42,228 nucleotides of DNA from a virus (taxonomy: Duplodnaviria; Heunggongvirae; Uroviricota; Caudoviricetes): IMG/VR virus record IMGVR_UViG_648861009_000010. One strand, 5' to 3'. The position numbers and the translations under genes were made by a program. The notes beneath the pieces were generated by a model. It was not told the origin of the DNA. It made no database searches and was given only the letters and a program-made list of their open reading frames with translations. Below, one piece after another: positions 17,918 to 27,818 of the stretch (the stretch's first letter is position 1; each line of letters opens with the position of its first letter).

Positions 17918-20388
17918 CAGAATCCCCCAACAGTAAGGCGAGGAATAACGGCAAGAACAGACAGCGGCAACGGATCAAGCTGACGGATTTTTACACGTCC
18001 GTTTTTGCCCCAGTTACTGTCCAGTTTCACTTCTACTTTTCCGGTAGCATCATCAACAGGATCATCGTAGAACTCGAATTCACGCTGTGGATATTCGTAC
18101 CATTTACCGCCGGGCGTAGTCGCCCAGATGCCGCGACTGGCATTCACAACCAGAGTAACGGAGGGGATCACCTGTTTTTTGTCCAGCAGCGTTTCCTGTC
18201 CGTTAATGTTGATATCCAGTGTTTCGAATTCAGCAGTTATTGGCAGGCCGATGTGCACTACAGCCCCAGGAGATTCCAGCGTGACGGCACCTCCGGAAAC
18301 CACTTTCTGTGGTTCCACGTTCGCATCAGAGAGAATGTTTACGGTCTGGCCTTCAAGATGAGATAGGCCTCCAAATGTCCGGCGCGCCATCTGCCAGTTC
18401 GTGGTGGCCACATTCCTGAGGGATGGCGGGACGTTCCTGTTAGCACGAACCACTACAGCGGTATTGCTGGTTACAGAAATAATGTCGCAACGTAATTCTT
18501 TTGACACCTCATCGCCAGTATCAGGAACAGTTCCGGTATAAGGGAACTGTAGTTGCGCGCCGACATCACTACTGGTGAAGTACGCACCACCAGAAACACT
18601 GATTGTATATTCCGCACGGTAATCCCATTCACCAGAACCACCAGTGATGGTCATCGTTCTGTCAGACGTATTTCTTCCATCATAGCTAAGGCCAGAATCA
18701 ACAAAGAAAGCATCTTCATCGCTGGTAAATAAACGGCTGGACAGCCGCTCGATGTATCTCACTGTTTGCCCGTTAACGGTTCGGTTAACGACGAAATACA
18801 CCGCATCTTCATTGCCTTCGCTGATACTGCATGTGCTTTCATATTTTCCGGTACTGGATTGTGGTGCCCATGCAAAAACCTGCTGATCACGCAAATAGGT
18901 CATCACCAGTAATTTACCGTCATCACGAATGCAGAAGGCGCTGGAGTAAGGGACAATAGAGAAGCACCAGTCAACAATGCTGTGCTTCTGAAAAAGATGA
19001 TTGGCAAGGATGGTCAGGTCGTTCCCCTGATAGCCGTCAACATCGAATGAGTAGGCCAGATCACGGACAACACTGCCTTTCTCCTGGACGAACAGAGCAA
19101 TATTCGCCACGGCAATTGGTGGGACATTGCTCGAGCCATTTGATCCCTGAGAGCTGAATGCAAATGATGATGGGGTTAATACTTTGTTCTGGTCGCCGGT
19201 GATGACGTACTCACCTCCGGAAGTCAGCGCTACCAGCGAACCAACATCAATCAGGTGGCGGATCTCATTAACCTGACGCCCGGCATAGGTGTAGATAATT
19301 CTGTCGTCATCCTGCGTAGGATTGCTTTTGCCAAAATCCTTATAATCCCCGGTACGGCTGGCCCAGATAGTCTGAGGGAACGCAGTCGATGCGGCGAAGT
19401 AAAGACGTTGTTGATAATAAACAACAGTGCCAGGATAACCATTAACACTGTTCCAGGCATATTTAGCCCATTTATAGCTGGCATTATCCTCGCCAACGAC
19501 CTGCGAAGGGATATAGGAAATCACCTCGGCAGTTGCAGTAGTTCCATTTGCAGCAGTGATACGGGCAATGCCAAAACCACTGTGCAGATATTCCCACTCA
19601 ATACCAGTATCATCATCACCGGATCCGCCCCAGCCATCCCATGATGTGCCTTCTGTATGCGAAGGGCGCAAAGTACCTGTTTTGCCTGCTGTAACGGCGC
19701 GATAGTAGTTACTGTCTGCACGGCGAATATCGCCAATCGACGTACTCTTACTGGTTTCCCATACCGGCACTGAATCCACTGCAGGCTGTTCCAGATAGAA
19801 CAATTTGCCTACCTGCTCCGCGCCAAAAATAGAGGCGCTTGCCGTTAACGTAATTGTCCCGGTGCTGGCGCTGGCATAAACCGTCACTGACTCGTCAATA
19901 TTGATATCTTCAAATGGTCCGTTCTTCGTTACCACATCAACCAGTTGCCAGTTGTCATGCGCATAGCGACGCAACTCTTTCGGCGGGTATGCCGGATGAA
20001 CAAGCGTAAGCACGTCTGCGCTTTGCGTGAATTTAATTCGGAACAGATCGGCTTCAGTATATGGCGTGGCAATTTCATAAATAACATTGCTGCTGTTCAG
20101 CACCAACGCACCATCTTTGATAACGCGCATGTACTGGTGTCCGAACTCCAGAGCATAAGTCTGAACCGTCGAGAACTGGAACGGTATCAGGCGGCATTTC
20201 CGATTTGGGTATTTGGCGGCACCGACAAAACGCGTACCAGGTCGATTCTCAACGCCGCCATACTGCCGCACGATAAAGTTATCGCACTTGCGCAATGCCA
20301 CCTGGTACTTCGCCATGTCGATACGACCGTACAACGACGGTCCAATCTCACCACCGGCAAAGCTGGGCTGGATCCAACTGATAGCCAT
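17917..20388 (-). CDS. Tail tubular protein B-like (podovirus nozzle, T7 gp12-like)
   Basis: 823 aa; N-terminus MAISWIQPSFAGGEIGPSLYGRIDMAKYQ resembles the T7 gp12 family N-terminus; follows the tubular A-like gene. Confidence 0.55.
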   Translation of the reverse strand: MAISWIQPSFAGGEIGPSLYGRIDMAKYQVALRKCDNFIVRQYGGVENRPGTRFVGAAKYPNRKCRLIPFQFSTVQTYALEFGHQYMRVIKDGALVLNSSNVIYEIATPYTEADLFRIKFTQSADVLTLVHPAYPPKELRRYAHDNWQLVDVVTKNGPFEDINIDESVTVYASASTGTITLTASASIFGAEQVGKLFYLEQPAVDSVPVWETSKSTSIGDIRRADSNYYRAVTAGKTGTLRPSHTEGTSWDGWGGSGDDDTGIEWEYLHSGFGIARITAANGTTATAEVISYIPSQVVGEDNASYKWAKYAWNSVNGYPGTVVYYQQRLYFAASTAFPQTIWASRTGDYKDFGKSNPTQDDDRIIYTYAGRQVNEIRHLIDVGSLVALTSGGEYVITGDQNKVLTPSSFAFSSQGSNGSSNVPPIAVANIALFVQEKGSVVRDLAYSFDVDGYQGNDLTILANHLFQKHSIVDWCFSIVPYSSAFCIRDDGKLLVMTYLRDQQVFAWAPQSSTGKYESTCSISEGNEDAVYFVVNRTVNGQTVRYIERLSSRLFTSDEDAFFVDSGLSYDGRNTSDRTMTITGGSGEWDYRAEYTISVSGGAYFTSSDVGAQLQFPYTGTVPDTGDEVSKELRCDIISVTSNTAVVVRANRNVPPSLRNVATTNWQMARRTFGGLSHLEGQTVNILSDANVEPQKVVSGGAVTLESPGAVVHIGLPITAEFETLDININGQETLLDKKQVIPSVTLVVNASRGIWATTPGGKWYEYPQREFEFYDDPVDDATGKVEVKLDSNWGKNGRVKIRQLDPLPLSVLAVIPRLTVGGF

Positions 20389-20996
20389 CAGGACAACCTC
20401 GCAATGGTAAACTCGTCAACCGGTGGCTGTGGTTCCTGTGATTCATTCTGGCTATGCGAACCAGCACTAAGAATCACGCGATTGTACATATTGAGAGCAA
20501 ATGTACCGAGATCCGCATTCCCAGTCAGCGCCATGTTAATGGCTGCCGCAAGACGCCAGGCCAGCGCCTCCATAAAAATGGCATCAAACATGTTCACATC
20601 TGAAACGCGAGAGACATACTTGAGCCATGCCTGCGGCTGGTCTGTGTAGATCAACTTTCCTGTTCCGTCGGTGTCTGCACCAACTTCGTACTGAACGCGC
20701 ATTGCTGCTGTTGGATTGCGAACACCGGGAAGCATGATTTCAGTGATGCGCAGGCAATCAGACGGGTACTGATACGCATACGCCCAGTCAGGCGGTGGAT
20801 TGCTCGTATCTGCAAGCGCCACGCGTTTGGTAGCAAAGTTCCAGTCAAAATCAGAAAGCACAGCATCACGACAGGCATCGAAATGCAGGGAACACTCCCC
20901 CGCCTCTTTGCTGGCCTCAGTCAGGCTATTGATGCTGCGACTGTTGCCGATATTCGACAGCGCGCGGTTGCAGATCTCGACAACAGAAGCCATCAC
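20388..20996 (-). CDS. Tail tubular protein A-like (gatekeeper/adaptor, T7 gp11-like)
   Basis: 202 aa; N-terminal pattern ICNRALSNIGNSRSINSL similar to gp11-type adaptors; SD GGGGGTGA upstream; upstream region lost in the gap. Confidence 0.5.
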   Translation of the reverse strand: MMASVVEICNRALSNIGNSRSINSLTEASKEAGECSLHFDACRDAVLSDFDWNFATKRVALADTSNPPPDWAYAYQYPSDCLRITEIMLPGVRNPTAAMRVQYEVGADTDGTGKLIYTDQPQAWLKYVSRVSDVNMFDAIFMEALAWRLAAAINMALTGNADLGTFALNMYNRVILSAGSHSQNESQEPQPPVDEFTIARLS

Positions 20997-21018
20997 TCAC
21001 CCCCGTTACCGTAAAGGG

Positions 21019-21476
21019 NNNNNNNNNNNNNNNNNNNNNNNNNNNNNNNNNNNNNNNNNNNNNNNNNNNNNNNNNNNNNNNNNNNNNNNNNNNNNNNNNN
21101 NNNNNNNNNNNNNNNNNNNNNNNNNNNNNNNNNNNNNNNNNNNNNNNNNNNNNNNNNNNNNNNNNNNNNNNNNNNNNNNNNNNNNNNNNNNNNNNNNNNN
21201 NNNNNNNNNNNNNNNNNNNNNNNNNNNNNNNNNNNNNNNNNNNNNNNNNNNNNNNNNNNNNNNNNNNNNNNNNNNNNNNNNNNNNNNNNNNNNNNNNNNN
21301 NNNNNNNNNNNNNNNNNNNNNNNNNNNNNNNNNNNNNNNNNNNNNNNNNNNNNNNNNNNNNNNNNNNNNNNNNNNNNNNNNNNNNNNNNNNNNNNNNNNN
21401 NNNNNNNNNNNNNNNNNNNNNNNNNNNNNNNNNNNNNNNNNNNNNNNNNNNNNNNNNNNNNNNNNNNNNNNNNNNN
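21019..21476. other. Assembly gap (458 N) within the head-tail joining genes
   Basis: N-run; the upstream minus-strand gene runs into it. Confidence 0.95.
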
Positions 21477-21611
21477 CATGATTGCCTGACTGTCGGCGTT
21501 CCAATCAACATGGATAAAACCAAATCCCCATGCGCACATCATGCTGACCACGAGGCTGTCGGACCTGCTGGGTTCGGCGGAAAGGTCAGGGACTGGAACG
21601 ACCGGACACAT
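21477..21611 (-). CDS. 5' fragment of a structural gene truncated by the assembly gap
   Basis: ORF begins at 21611 and runs into the N-run; 45 aa visible. Confidence 0.35.
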
Positions 21612-21629
21612 GCCGAGACGTGGCGTGCA

Positions 21630-21968
21630 TCATGGGCTGACCATGCAAACAGAGCACTGGCGAACTTCAGCAGCGGATTTATCCGGCTCGCCGGTTGCAG
21701 GTGCGATCGCCATGTCGGTGATCTGCAGGTCTGCGCTACGGTTAACGCCGTCATCAGTTTCGCGGGCAGACAGTCCGCGAATTACCGCCTTAGCAGTAAT
21801 CATCACTTCGGTTCCTACACCCTGCGGTTGCGCCTTGAGCTTATTCAGCGTGTCATTGTTCAACGTGATGCAAAGCCCCCATGGATATTCGTCGCGGTTT
21901 TTGGTTTCTCCGCTCTCGTCCTGGTAGCTGTCGGTGCCGGTTTTGAGGTTGACCAGTTCCATATACAC
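21630..21968 (-). CDS. Hypothetical head-associated protein
   Basis: 112-aa ORF in the head gene run. Confidence 0.5.
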   Translation of the reverse strand: MYMELVNLKTGTDSYQDESGETKNRDEYPWGLCITLNNDTLNKLKAQPQGVGTEVMITAKAVIRGLSARETDDGVNRSADLQITDMAIAPATGEPDKSAAEVRQCSVCMVSP

Positions 21969-22012
21969 TCCTGCAATAAAGGGGCCGAAGCCCCTTGTCT
22001 GATACGCGAGGC

Positions 22013-22348
22013 TTACACGCCCAGTTCTTTGCGCTTATCTGCGATTTTCTCGCGAAGCGTTTCGGCTTTGGCGTTATGGTGCGGCTTCTCGTTAAAGAGC
22101 AGTTCATACTCTTCGCGGATCTTATCCAGATCGCCATCTTCGGCTGCATCGTTGATGGGTTTGGCACTGGTTACGGTTTCTGCTGCTTTACCTGTAACCT
22201 TTGCTTTCGCCGCCTTCGCTGCATCGTTGATGGGCTCCAGTGCACTACCTGGCTCGCCGTCGTATTCAATTTCAGAGCCCTCCTGCCACAGGTTATTGTG
22301 GATATGAGAGAGGCGCAGAACGCGGTACTTCGGTTTCTCACCTGACAT
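22013..22348 (-). CDS. Small head protein, possible capsid decoration protein
   Basis: 111-aa ORF, Ala/Lys-rich with repeated PINDAA motif; downstream of the capsid gene. Confidence 0.5.
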   Translation of the reverse strand: MSGEKPKYRVLRLSHIHNNLWQEGSEIEYDGEPGSALEPINDAAKAAKAKVTGKAAETVTSAKPINDAAEDGDLDKIREEYELLFNEKPHHNAKAETLREKIADKRKELGV

Positions 22349-22358
22349 CGATATCCCC

Positions 22359-22796
22359 TTAGCCGGTTACTTTGGAGCGGATCGGATACGGCGTATTTGC
22401 ATCAACATCCAGGTTAATGCCGGAAGTGAATTTGCCGGCCGTTAGTGGGCCAGTTGCGACGGAGTAGTTAACACGCAGATATCGCTGAACACCGGCAGGC
22501 ACCTTTGCAGAAACAACTCGTTTACCTGCTGTCAGGGTAGCCTTTGCCAGTGCTCCACTATCATAAATAGTGGACCATGAGCTGTTATTCTCACTCGTCT
22601 GCAACTGGATGTTTACAGTTGCCTCACCACTTGCCGTGGCGGCTTCGTTAACCAGCGCCCAAAACTCAAGCGGGTAACCCACGCCGATATCGCGACGATT
22701 TCCATCAATTGGACCTAGATCGATTACGTCAGTAGAAGCCGCGGTATCAGTTACCGCCTGTGCTTCGGAGAACATCAACAGTTTGTCGGTGATCAT
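22359..22796 (-). CDS. Hypothetical head protein
   Basis: 145-aa ORF immediately downstream of the major capsid gene. Confidence 0.5.
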   Translation of the reverse strand: MITDKLLMFSEAQAVTDTAASTDVIDLGPIDGNRRDIGVGYPLEFWALVNEAATASGEATVNIQLQTSENNSSWSTIYDSGALAKATLTAGKRVVSAKVPAGVQRYLRVNYSVATGPLTAGKFTSGINLDVDANTPYPIRSKVTG

Positions 22797-22847
22797 CTTC
22801 TTTCTCCATTAGTGGGTCTGTTACGACCCACTGGTTAATAACAGGCG

Positions 22848-23840
22848 TTACACCACACGGGCTTCTGTTTCCAGAAGCGCATCAGTTTCACGGATTGGTA
22901 CACCACGGAATGAAGTCCACCACTCGCCTTCTGTCTCTTTTACGCTGATCGCCAGAGATGTTTTCTCCAGAGATTGCAGATCAAGAGCCTGGCCTACAGT
23001 GCGGTTCATGTAGAACACCGGGCGACCCATTCCACGGTTTGGAATGCGATGCAGTGCTTTAACCATCAACTTCGCAATATTTGCGGCAGAGGAAGGTTCT
23101 GAAAGATTGCTGACATCGATGTTTGCAATGCGAACAACATAACGCCAGTCACGCAGAGCAAGTCCGTTGTCCCATTTGTAATGGGTGCGATAGCCTTCGT
23201 ACTTGCCGCCATTAGCATCTTCCAGTGTCACCTGGCCTTTATCTTCCATCTGGATGCCAGCCTTCTGCCCTTTCGGGAAGATGCCATGCACGGTGTTTTC
23301 GCCCCACACCACTAACCAGATTGAGGTGTTATCTGTACCCGTGCCACCAGCATCAATGATGTTCTGAGCATTACCCGCAGACAGGCTGGAATAGCGGGAG
23401 GACAGTCCCATAAACTGCTGAGGGTTAACGCTGGAATCACCATAAAACAGTGTCTGCGCCATCTGCTGATTCATCGCTTCAATAAATGCGCGGTCTTCAG
23501 ACAGGCGGAATTCGGCGGTATTACCGTTCAGATCAGCCAGTGACTTATCGACTTCAGCATAGGTTTCCAGCATGCCAACGTAATCGGTGACCTGCACTGT
23601 GGTTGATTTGCTTGGCTGTACACCATAGTTCAGCAAACGCCAGGTAGCTGAAGGTAAACCAGAACGAATGGTGGTTCGGTGTCCGGTAGGAAGGTTCCCT
23701 TCGACAAAAGGCATATCCTGAAGGATCGGGTTAGTTTGACCGAGAAGCTCGATAATCTTATCGACTTTCCCGTTTGGATCGACGCGCTTACCCCAGTCAG
23801 CCAGCGTTAGCGCAGTTAAGCCTTTAACAGCCATTGTCAT
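22848..23840 (-). CDS. Major capsid protein
   Basis: 330-aa ORF directly after the scaffold gene in portal-scaffold-capsid order. Confidence 0.7.
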   Translation of the reverse strand: MTMAVKGLTALTLADWGKRVDPNGKVDKIIELLGQTNPILQDMPFVEGNLPTGHRTTIRSGLPSATWRLLNYGVQPSKSTTVQVTDYVGMLETYAEVDKSLADLNGNTAEFRLSEDRAFIEAMNQQMAQTLFYGDSSVNPQQFMGLSSRYSSLSAGNAQNIIDAGGTGTDNTSIWLVVWGENTVHGIFPKGQKAGIQMEDKGQVTLEDANGGKYEGYRTHYKWDNGLALRDWRYVVRIANIDVSNLSEPSSAANIAKLMVKALHRIPNRGMGRPVFYMNRTVGQALDLQSLEKTSLAISVKETEGEWWTSFRGVPIRETDALLETEARVV

Positions 23841-23848
23841 TTCCTCTC

Positions 23849-24550
23849 TTATTTGCCATAGAGCACTTCGGCCGCACTACGCTGGCCTTCATTACCACCG
23901 GTGACCATGCCATCTTCAGACATCGCCTTTCCGATTTTCACGAACGTTTTGACCAGATCAGGGTGATTACCCAGCCCGGTGGTGTTCAGATATTCTTTGA
24001 GTTCAGGTGTCCCGAACTGGTCAAGCGCACGCTGTGCGGCGCTAAGGTTAGAAATCAACTTGTCGCCACCGATTTCTTTGTCAGCTTTTACATCCGCAGC
24101 CCACTGCTCGGTTGTTTTCTGCCAGGCTTCTACCTGGCGCTGCTGAACACCTGCCAGAATCTTCGGATAAGCATCAACCAGCTTTTGCGCTTGCTCGTTG
24201 GTCAGGTTTAGTTCTCGCGCCACCGGCTCGAATTCCTTCAACGCTTCTGTATCCAGCTCTACGCCTTCGGCAGCCTGAAACTCGTACTTCTCAGGCGCAC
24301 CCTCTGGTTTATCGCCGTCCTTTTTTTCATCCTGCTTATCGTTTTCAGGATTTTTGTCATCAGCAGGTTTATCGCCATCAGCAACAGGTTGTGACTTATC
24401 ACCTTCCGGTTGTGATGGATCACCAACTGGAGCATGGTTATCACCTGCAGGCGCTGACGGTTCTGACGCAGCCGGAGCTGCTCCACCATCGACTGGTTGC
24501 TCATTGCAAAGACGGCGATACAGCAAACGCTCAAATAAATTCATGATCAC
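23849..24550 (-). CDS. Scaffolding protein
   Basis: 233 aa, very acidic low-complexity N-terminal region (PEGDKSQPVADGDKPADDKNPENDKQDEKKDGDKPEG) then helical region; between portal and capsid. Confidence 0.65.
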   Translation of the reverse strand: MIMNLFERLLYRRLCNEQPVDGGAAPAASEPSAPAGDNHAPVGDPSQPEGDKSQPVADGDKPADDKNPENDKQDEKKDGDKPEGAPEKYEFQAAEGVELDTEALKEFEPVARELNLTNEQAQKLVDAYPKILAGVQQRQVEAWQKTTEQWAADVKADKEIGGDKLISNLSAAQRALDQFGTPELKEYLNTTGLGNHPDLVKTFVKIGKAMSEDGMVTGGNEGQRSAAEVLYGK

Positions 24551-24843
24551 TCCTGTTCACTGGCCTCTTTGGCCATCTTCAAATACTGTTCAGGGCAATG
24601 CGCCATAACGCGCTGAAACAGTTCCAGCGCCAGATTGCGTTGCCCCTCATTAAATGCCATTGCCATAGCGTCCATCGGTGAGATAGCGGAAAACACACGG
24701 CCTTTCTCCAGCACCGACCAGACAACGCGACGCCCCTGTTCACTGCTCATGACAAAGCGAATGTCATCAATTTCACGCTGCGCCATGTCACGTTGCTTAC
24801 GGGCGTTTTCTTCTTTCAGTTGATCGTCTTCGTAATCTGTCAT
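24547..24843 (-). CDS. Small head-assembly protein, unknown function
   Basis: 98-aa ORF translationally coupled between portal and scaffold. Confidence 0.5.
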   Translation of the reverse strand: MTDYEDDQLKEENARKQRDMAQREIDDIRFVMSSEQGRRVVWSVLEKGRVFSAISPMDAMAMAFNEGQRNLALELFQRVMAHCPEQYLKMAKEASEQE

Positions 24844-26519
24844 TGTGATTGCCCACCCTGACCACTAACTGCATTCGCCATAGCTGACAACACACTCGGA
24901 TCCGAAGTTTTAGCTTCGCTTAGCGTCTTGGCCCCCTGTGCCGCCGCCATCCCCATCGCCATCATTTGTTGCTGCTGTTGTTGCTGTGCCCGTTGCTGGC
25001 GAGCCTGCTCAACCTGTTCCTGCGGAACAATGACGGTTGGAGACACTCCGGACATATCAGCGAATGCATCGATCGCCTGATCAACGTTGAGTTTGTCGAG
25101 AGCTTCTGGTTTCGCTTGCGCAAGTTGACCAATGAAGTTAACCGTGGACGCCAGACTGGACAGGCCGATAGACTTCTGCGCCTGAGCCATGACGGAAATG
25201 TATTCGACCTTCAGGGGCATGCCTTCCATCGCGTCAGGCGGTGGCGGCAGCATGTTTTTGCGCACCATCATCGAGAAAGCGCGGTCAATGAGAGGATTAA
25301 GACATTCGTCGTTCAGACGCTCCAGAACCGGCCCCAACATCAGAAGTTTTTCTTCTTTCATTTCGATCACCGCTTCAACAGGCATCGAGCGGGTATTGAT
25401 GTTCTGCAACATCATGAACAGATCGACAAAGTAGGCGCTGTTAATGATTTGACGAGTGTCCTGAATGTCTGCCACCAAATCTGCTGTACTGGGGTTAACC
25501 AGATAAGCAGGCCTGAAGCCATCCTGACCAGTAATCTGATCGATATACGTGATGTCGCCAGGAAGAAGGGAGGCGCGCTGATTCTTGAGGGAAGTCGGAG
25601 CAACCATCGGCGGATTGGTGGCTTTATCAATCAACTGCGACTTGCGCTTCTGGAGAAGCTGCAATGCCTTAACAGGTCCAAGCGCCAGCATACCCGGGCA
25701 TGATGATCCATAAACATCTTCGCCGTTAACTTCCCAGCGCGGAGCCATAATTGGAAACTCATCGAATCCGGACTCACGCAACAACTTGTCGTTATCGCCA
25801 CCAACCTCGTAATAAACCGATTTGAATGGCTTGTTCTTGCTATCCAGCTTCGATGTATCGCGGTCAATGTTCGGGTAAACCGAATGCATCACTTCAATCC
25901 ACTTCTCGTAGGTGCCGCTTTCCCACATGCTTTTTACGGATTCGCTGACGTTATTTAGCCCGAACTCCTGAACAAGCTGACGAACAGTCATAGAGAACTT
26001 GCGAAAACAGGTGTCCACACTGCCACGAGGTGAGTTAGCTAGGTAGTAACTGCCTATCGGGAATGGCATTGTGCGAATGATGTCCTCGTCATCCTCCAGC
26101 ACTGCCATTGCACCAGTGCTGTATGTGCCGAGGCTTCCGTATAACTGCGGCAGAGACTGATAGAGATTCGAGTTATTGAACATATCGTTCATGCGGTTCT
26201 GCACCGCCTCAAGCCACAACTTAACAGGGCCATAATCCATCATTTCAGGATCTGGCGTAGCCAGGCGAAACCACGGACGCGCGGGGCTTGTGATGCCTGA
26301 CATCATGCCGCTGGCGAGAGTGCGCGCCGCCATAGTCCCGGTCGAATCAATAATGCGTGTATTGCGTCGATCGTTACGGTTGACCTCAGAAGTCAGAAAG
26401 CGGGAACCACGTGGGTTGATGTAATCACTCAACTCGCGCCAGTGCGGCTCGAACGACTGACGCTCGCTTTCAAGTTGTGCGAACTGTTTGTTCAATCGCT
26501 CTTTAGTTGTTTCCGCCAT
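24840..26519 (-). CDS. Portal (head-to-tail connector) protein
   Basis: 559 aa; position after terminase and before scaffold; sequence style of T7 gp8-type connectors. Confidence 0.75.
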   Translation of the reverse strand: MAETTKERLNKQFAQLESERQSFEPHWRELSDYINPRGSRFLTSEVNRNDRRNTRIIDSTGTMAARTLASGMMSGITSPARPWFRLATPDPEMMDYGPVKLWLEAVQNRMNDMFNNSNLYQSLPQLYGSLGTYSTGAMAVLEDDEDIIRTMPFPIGSYYLANSPRGSVDTCFRKFSMTVRQLVQEFGLNNVSESVKSMWESGTYEKWIEVMHSVYPNIDRDTSKLDSKNKPFKSVYYEVGGDNDKLLRESGFDEFPIMAPRWEVNGEDVYGSSCPGMLALGPVKALQLLQKRKSQLIDKATNPPMVAPTSLKNQRASLLPGDITYIDQITGQDGFRPAYLVNPSTADLVADIQDTRQIINSAYFVDLFMMLQNINTRSMPVEAVIEMKEEKLLMLGPVLERLNDECLNPLIDRAFSMMVRKNMLPPPPDAMEGMPLKVEYISVMAQAQKSIGLSSLASTVNFIGQLAQAKPEALDKLNVDQAIDAFADMSGVSPTVIVPQEQVEQARQQRAQQQQQQQMMAMGMAAAQGAKTLSEAKTSDPSVLSAMANAVSGQGGQSQ

Positions 26520-26533
26520 TTCAATGACTCCGG

Positions 26534-26740
26534 TTACTGACCAAGCAGCGTTTTACCGCTGGTCTTAGCGGTTGATGTGTCGCCCTGAGAACCGGTAAGC
26601 AGCGTAGAACTACGACCAGCAGCAGCGCGACGGCGACGAGTTTCTTCGTCGCGGGCATCAACAACGGCGGCATCCTGCTCCTGTGGTGCTGCCTGAACTT
26701 CTGGTGTTGCAGGCACTGATGGTGAGCTACCCATGCACAT
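26534..26740 (-). CDS. Small low-complexity protein upstream of portal
   Basis: 68 aa, SD GGAG 8 nt upstream, coupled to portal; preferred over the overlapping 79-aa frame. Confidence 0.4.
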   Translation of the reverse strand: MCMGSSPSVPATPEVQAAPQEQDAAVVDARDEETRRRRAAAGRSSTLLTGSQGDTSTAKTSGKTLLGQ

Positions 26741-26830
26741 ATCAATGACTCCGTACGCAATTAAATTATTACCAATTTAACCATATATGATTTATTTATC
26801 GTAGATAGTTGACATTTAACGCGCGAATTA

Positions 26831-26845
26831 TTACCTTTCAGGTAA
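26831..26845. promoter_or_regulatory. Operator-like palindrome TTACC-TTTCA-GGTAA
   Basis: Perfect arms; identical to the 7298 site; between the head operon start and the tRNA region; TTGACA hexamer 18 bp upstream on the + strand. Confidence 0.55.
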
Positions 26846-27167
26846 CTAAAGAGTTCATTCCGGTTACTAACCTGACTGGCCTGTCGTTAAATTGAACAGG
26901 TGGAGTGAGCTTTTATTTTGAGCAGTACGGCGTATGGCACATGCGACGATAGCGGTCTGGATACGTTTAAGTGGCACCCTCCCTTGCTCGGGCAAACGAA
27001 CCAGGTAGCCGGAATGTGCAAGTCGAGCGGTTTTATTCCGCGCACGGGGATTCACCATCCCGGCGATTCGGTGTGACGCCTCGGAAGAGACGAGGGTACA
27101 ACGATGAGAGCATTTATGGAGCCGCGACAAAGTGTGGCGCCTTAACAGGCTAAGTGCTCTCAGCGTT

Positions 27168-27244
27168 GTGGCATTAGCTCAGTTGGACAGAGCAACCGCC
27201 TTCTAAGCGGTTGGTCGCAGGTTCGAATCCTGCATGCCACGCCA
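27168..27244 (+). tRNA. tRNA-Arg (anticodon UCU), phage-encoded
   Basis: Cloverleaf folded by hand: acceptor GTGGCAT/ATGCCAC, D-stem GCTC/GAGC, anticodon stem ACCGC/GCGGT with loop CTTCTAA, T-arm GCAGG-TTCGAAT-CCTGC, discriminator G, encoded CCA. Confidence 0.85.
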
Positions 27245-27287
27245 GAATCACGCCTAAGGACCGTGATACCAGAAGTTCCAGGTGCTT

Positions 27288-27330
27288 GGCGGTGATGGTT
27301 TCCCTTGAAGGACTATCACCGCCCTTTTTA
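27288..27330 (+). terminator. Terminator-like hairpin downstream of the tRNA
   Basis: 9-bp stem ggcggtgat/atcaccgcc followed by CTTTTTA. Confidence 0.5.
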
Positions 27331-27407
27331 CAGCAGGACGCCATTGCGATGACTTCATGCTGTAAACCCGTACAGCCACGGAAGGCATAACTCATTGCTT
27401 CCAGTTC

Positions 27408-27431
27408 GCCCGGTTCGCCGGGCATTTTTTT
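27408..27431 (+). terminator. Rho-independent terminator
   Basis: gcccgg-ttcg-ccgggc hairpin followed by ATTTTTTT. Confidence 0.75.
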
Positions 27432-27442
27432 AAGGTGAGATT

Positions 27443-27814
27443 ATGAACGACCAGCAAATCGAAAAAGAAATCGTTGAGAAAGGCAAAACGGCACCGCGCG
27501 TTACGCCAGACCATATCGAAGGCATTATTGCTCAGGAGGCATATTTCACAGCAGAAGATGGTGCCTTTGGCAAAGCCATAAAAGCGAAACATACTGGCGG
27601 AGAGGTAAACTACCAGCCGCACGAATCACTTTCTCTGCTGACGTTCTGCGTCCTGGTGCTGCGCAACGGCTTCACCGTCACCGGAGAGAGCGCCTGTGCA
27701 AGCCAGGAAAACTTTGATGCAGAAATTGGTCGGAAGATTGCCCGGCAGAATGCTGTAAACAAAATCTGGATGCTCGAAGGTTACTTGCTGAAGCAGAAGC
27801 TAAGCGAGCAATAA
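27443..27814 (+). CDS. Hypothetical phage protein (possibly N4 Gp49 / Sf6 gp66-like family)
   Basis: 123-aa ORF with SD AAGGTGAG; the only plus-strand gene in the packaging/head region; family assignment is recollection only. Confidence 0.5.
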   Translation: MNDQQIEKEIVEKGKTAPRVTPDHIEGIIAQEAYFTAEDGAFGKAIKAKHTGGEVNYQPHESLSLLTFCVLVLRNGFTVTGESACASQENFDAEIGRKIARQNAVNKIWMLEGYLLKQKLSEQ

Positions 27815-27818
27815 CACC

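Noticed and set aside
21510-22307. 265-aa plus-strand ORF
   Set aside because: Antisense to three tightly coupled minus-strand head genes, Ser/Ala/Arg-rich low-complexity translation, no RBS; typical GC-rich antisense artefact
26521-26760. 79-aa minus-strand ORF
   Set aside because: Overlaps the 68-aa frame, which has an SD and translational coupling to portal; the 79-aa frame has neither
26867-27153. ORFs 26867-27130 (minus) and 26971-27153 (plus) upstream of the tRNA
   Set aside because: Arg-rich, no RBS, mutually overlapping; the region is more likely non-coding promoter, leader or structured RNA
27168-27244. tRNA-Arg as the prophage attachment site (attL/attR)
   Set aside because: The tRNA is intact, lies between TerL and portal in the middle of the element, and the integrase is 14 kb away at the right edge; it reads as phage-encoded, not a junction
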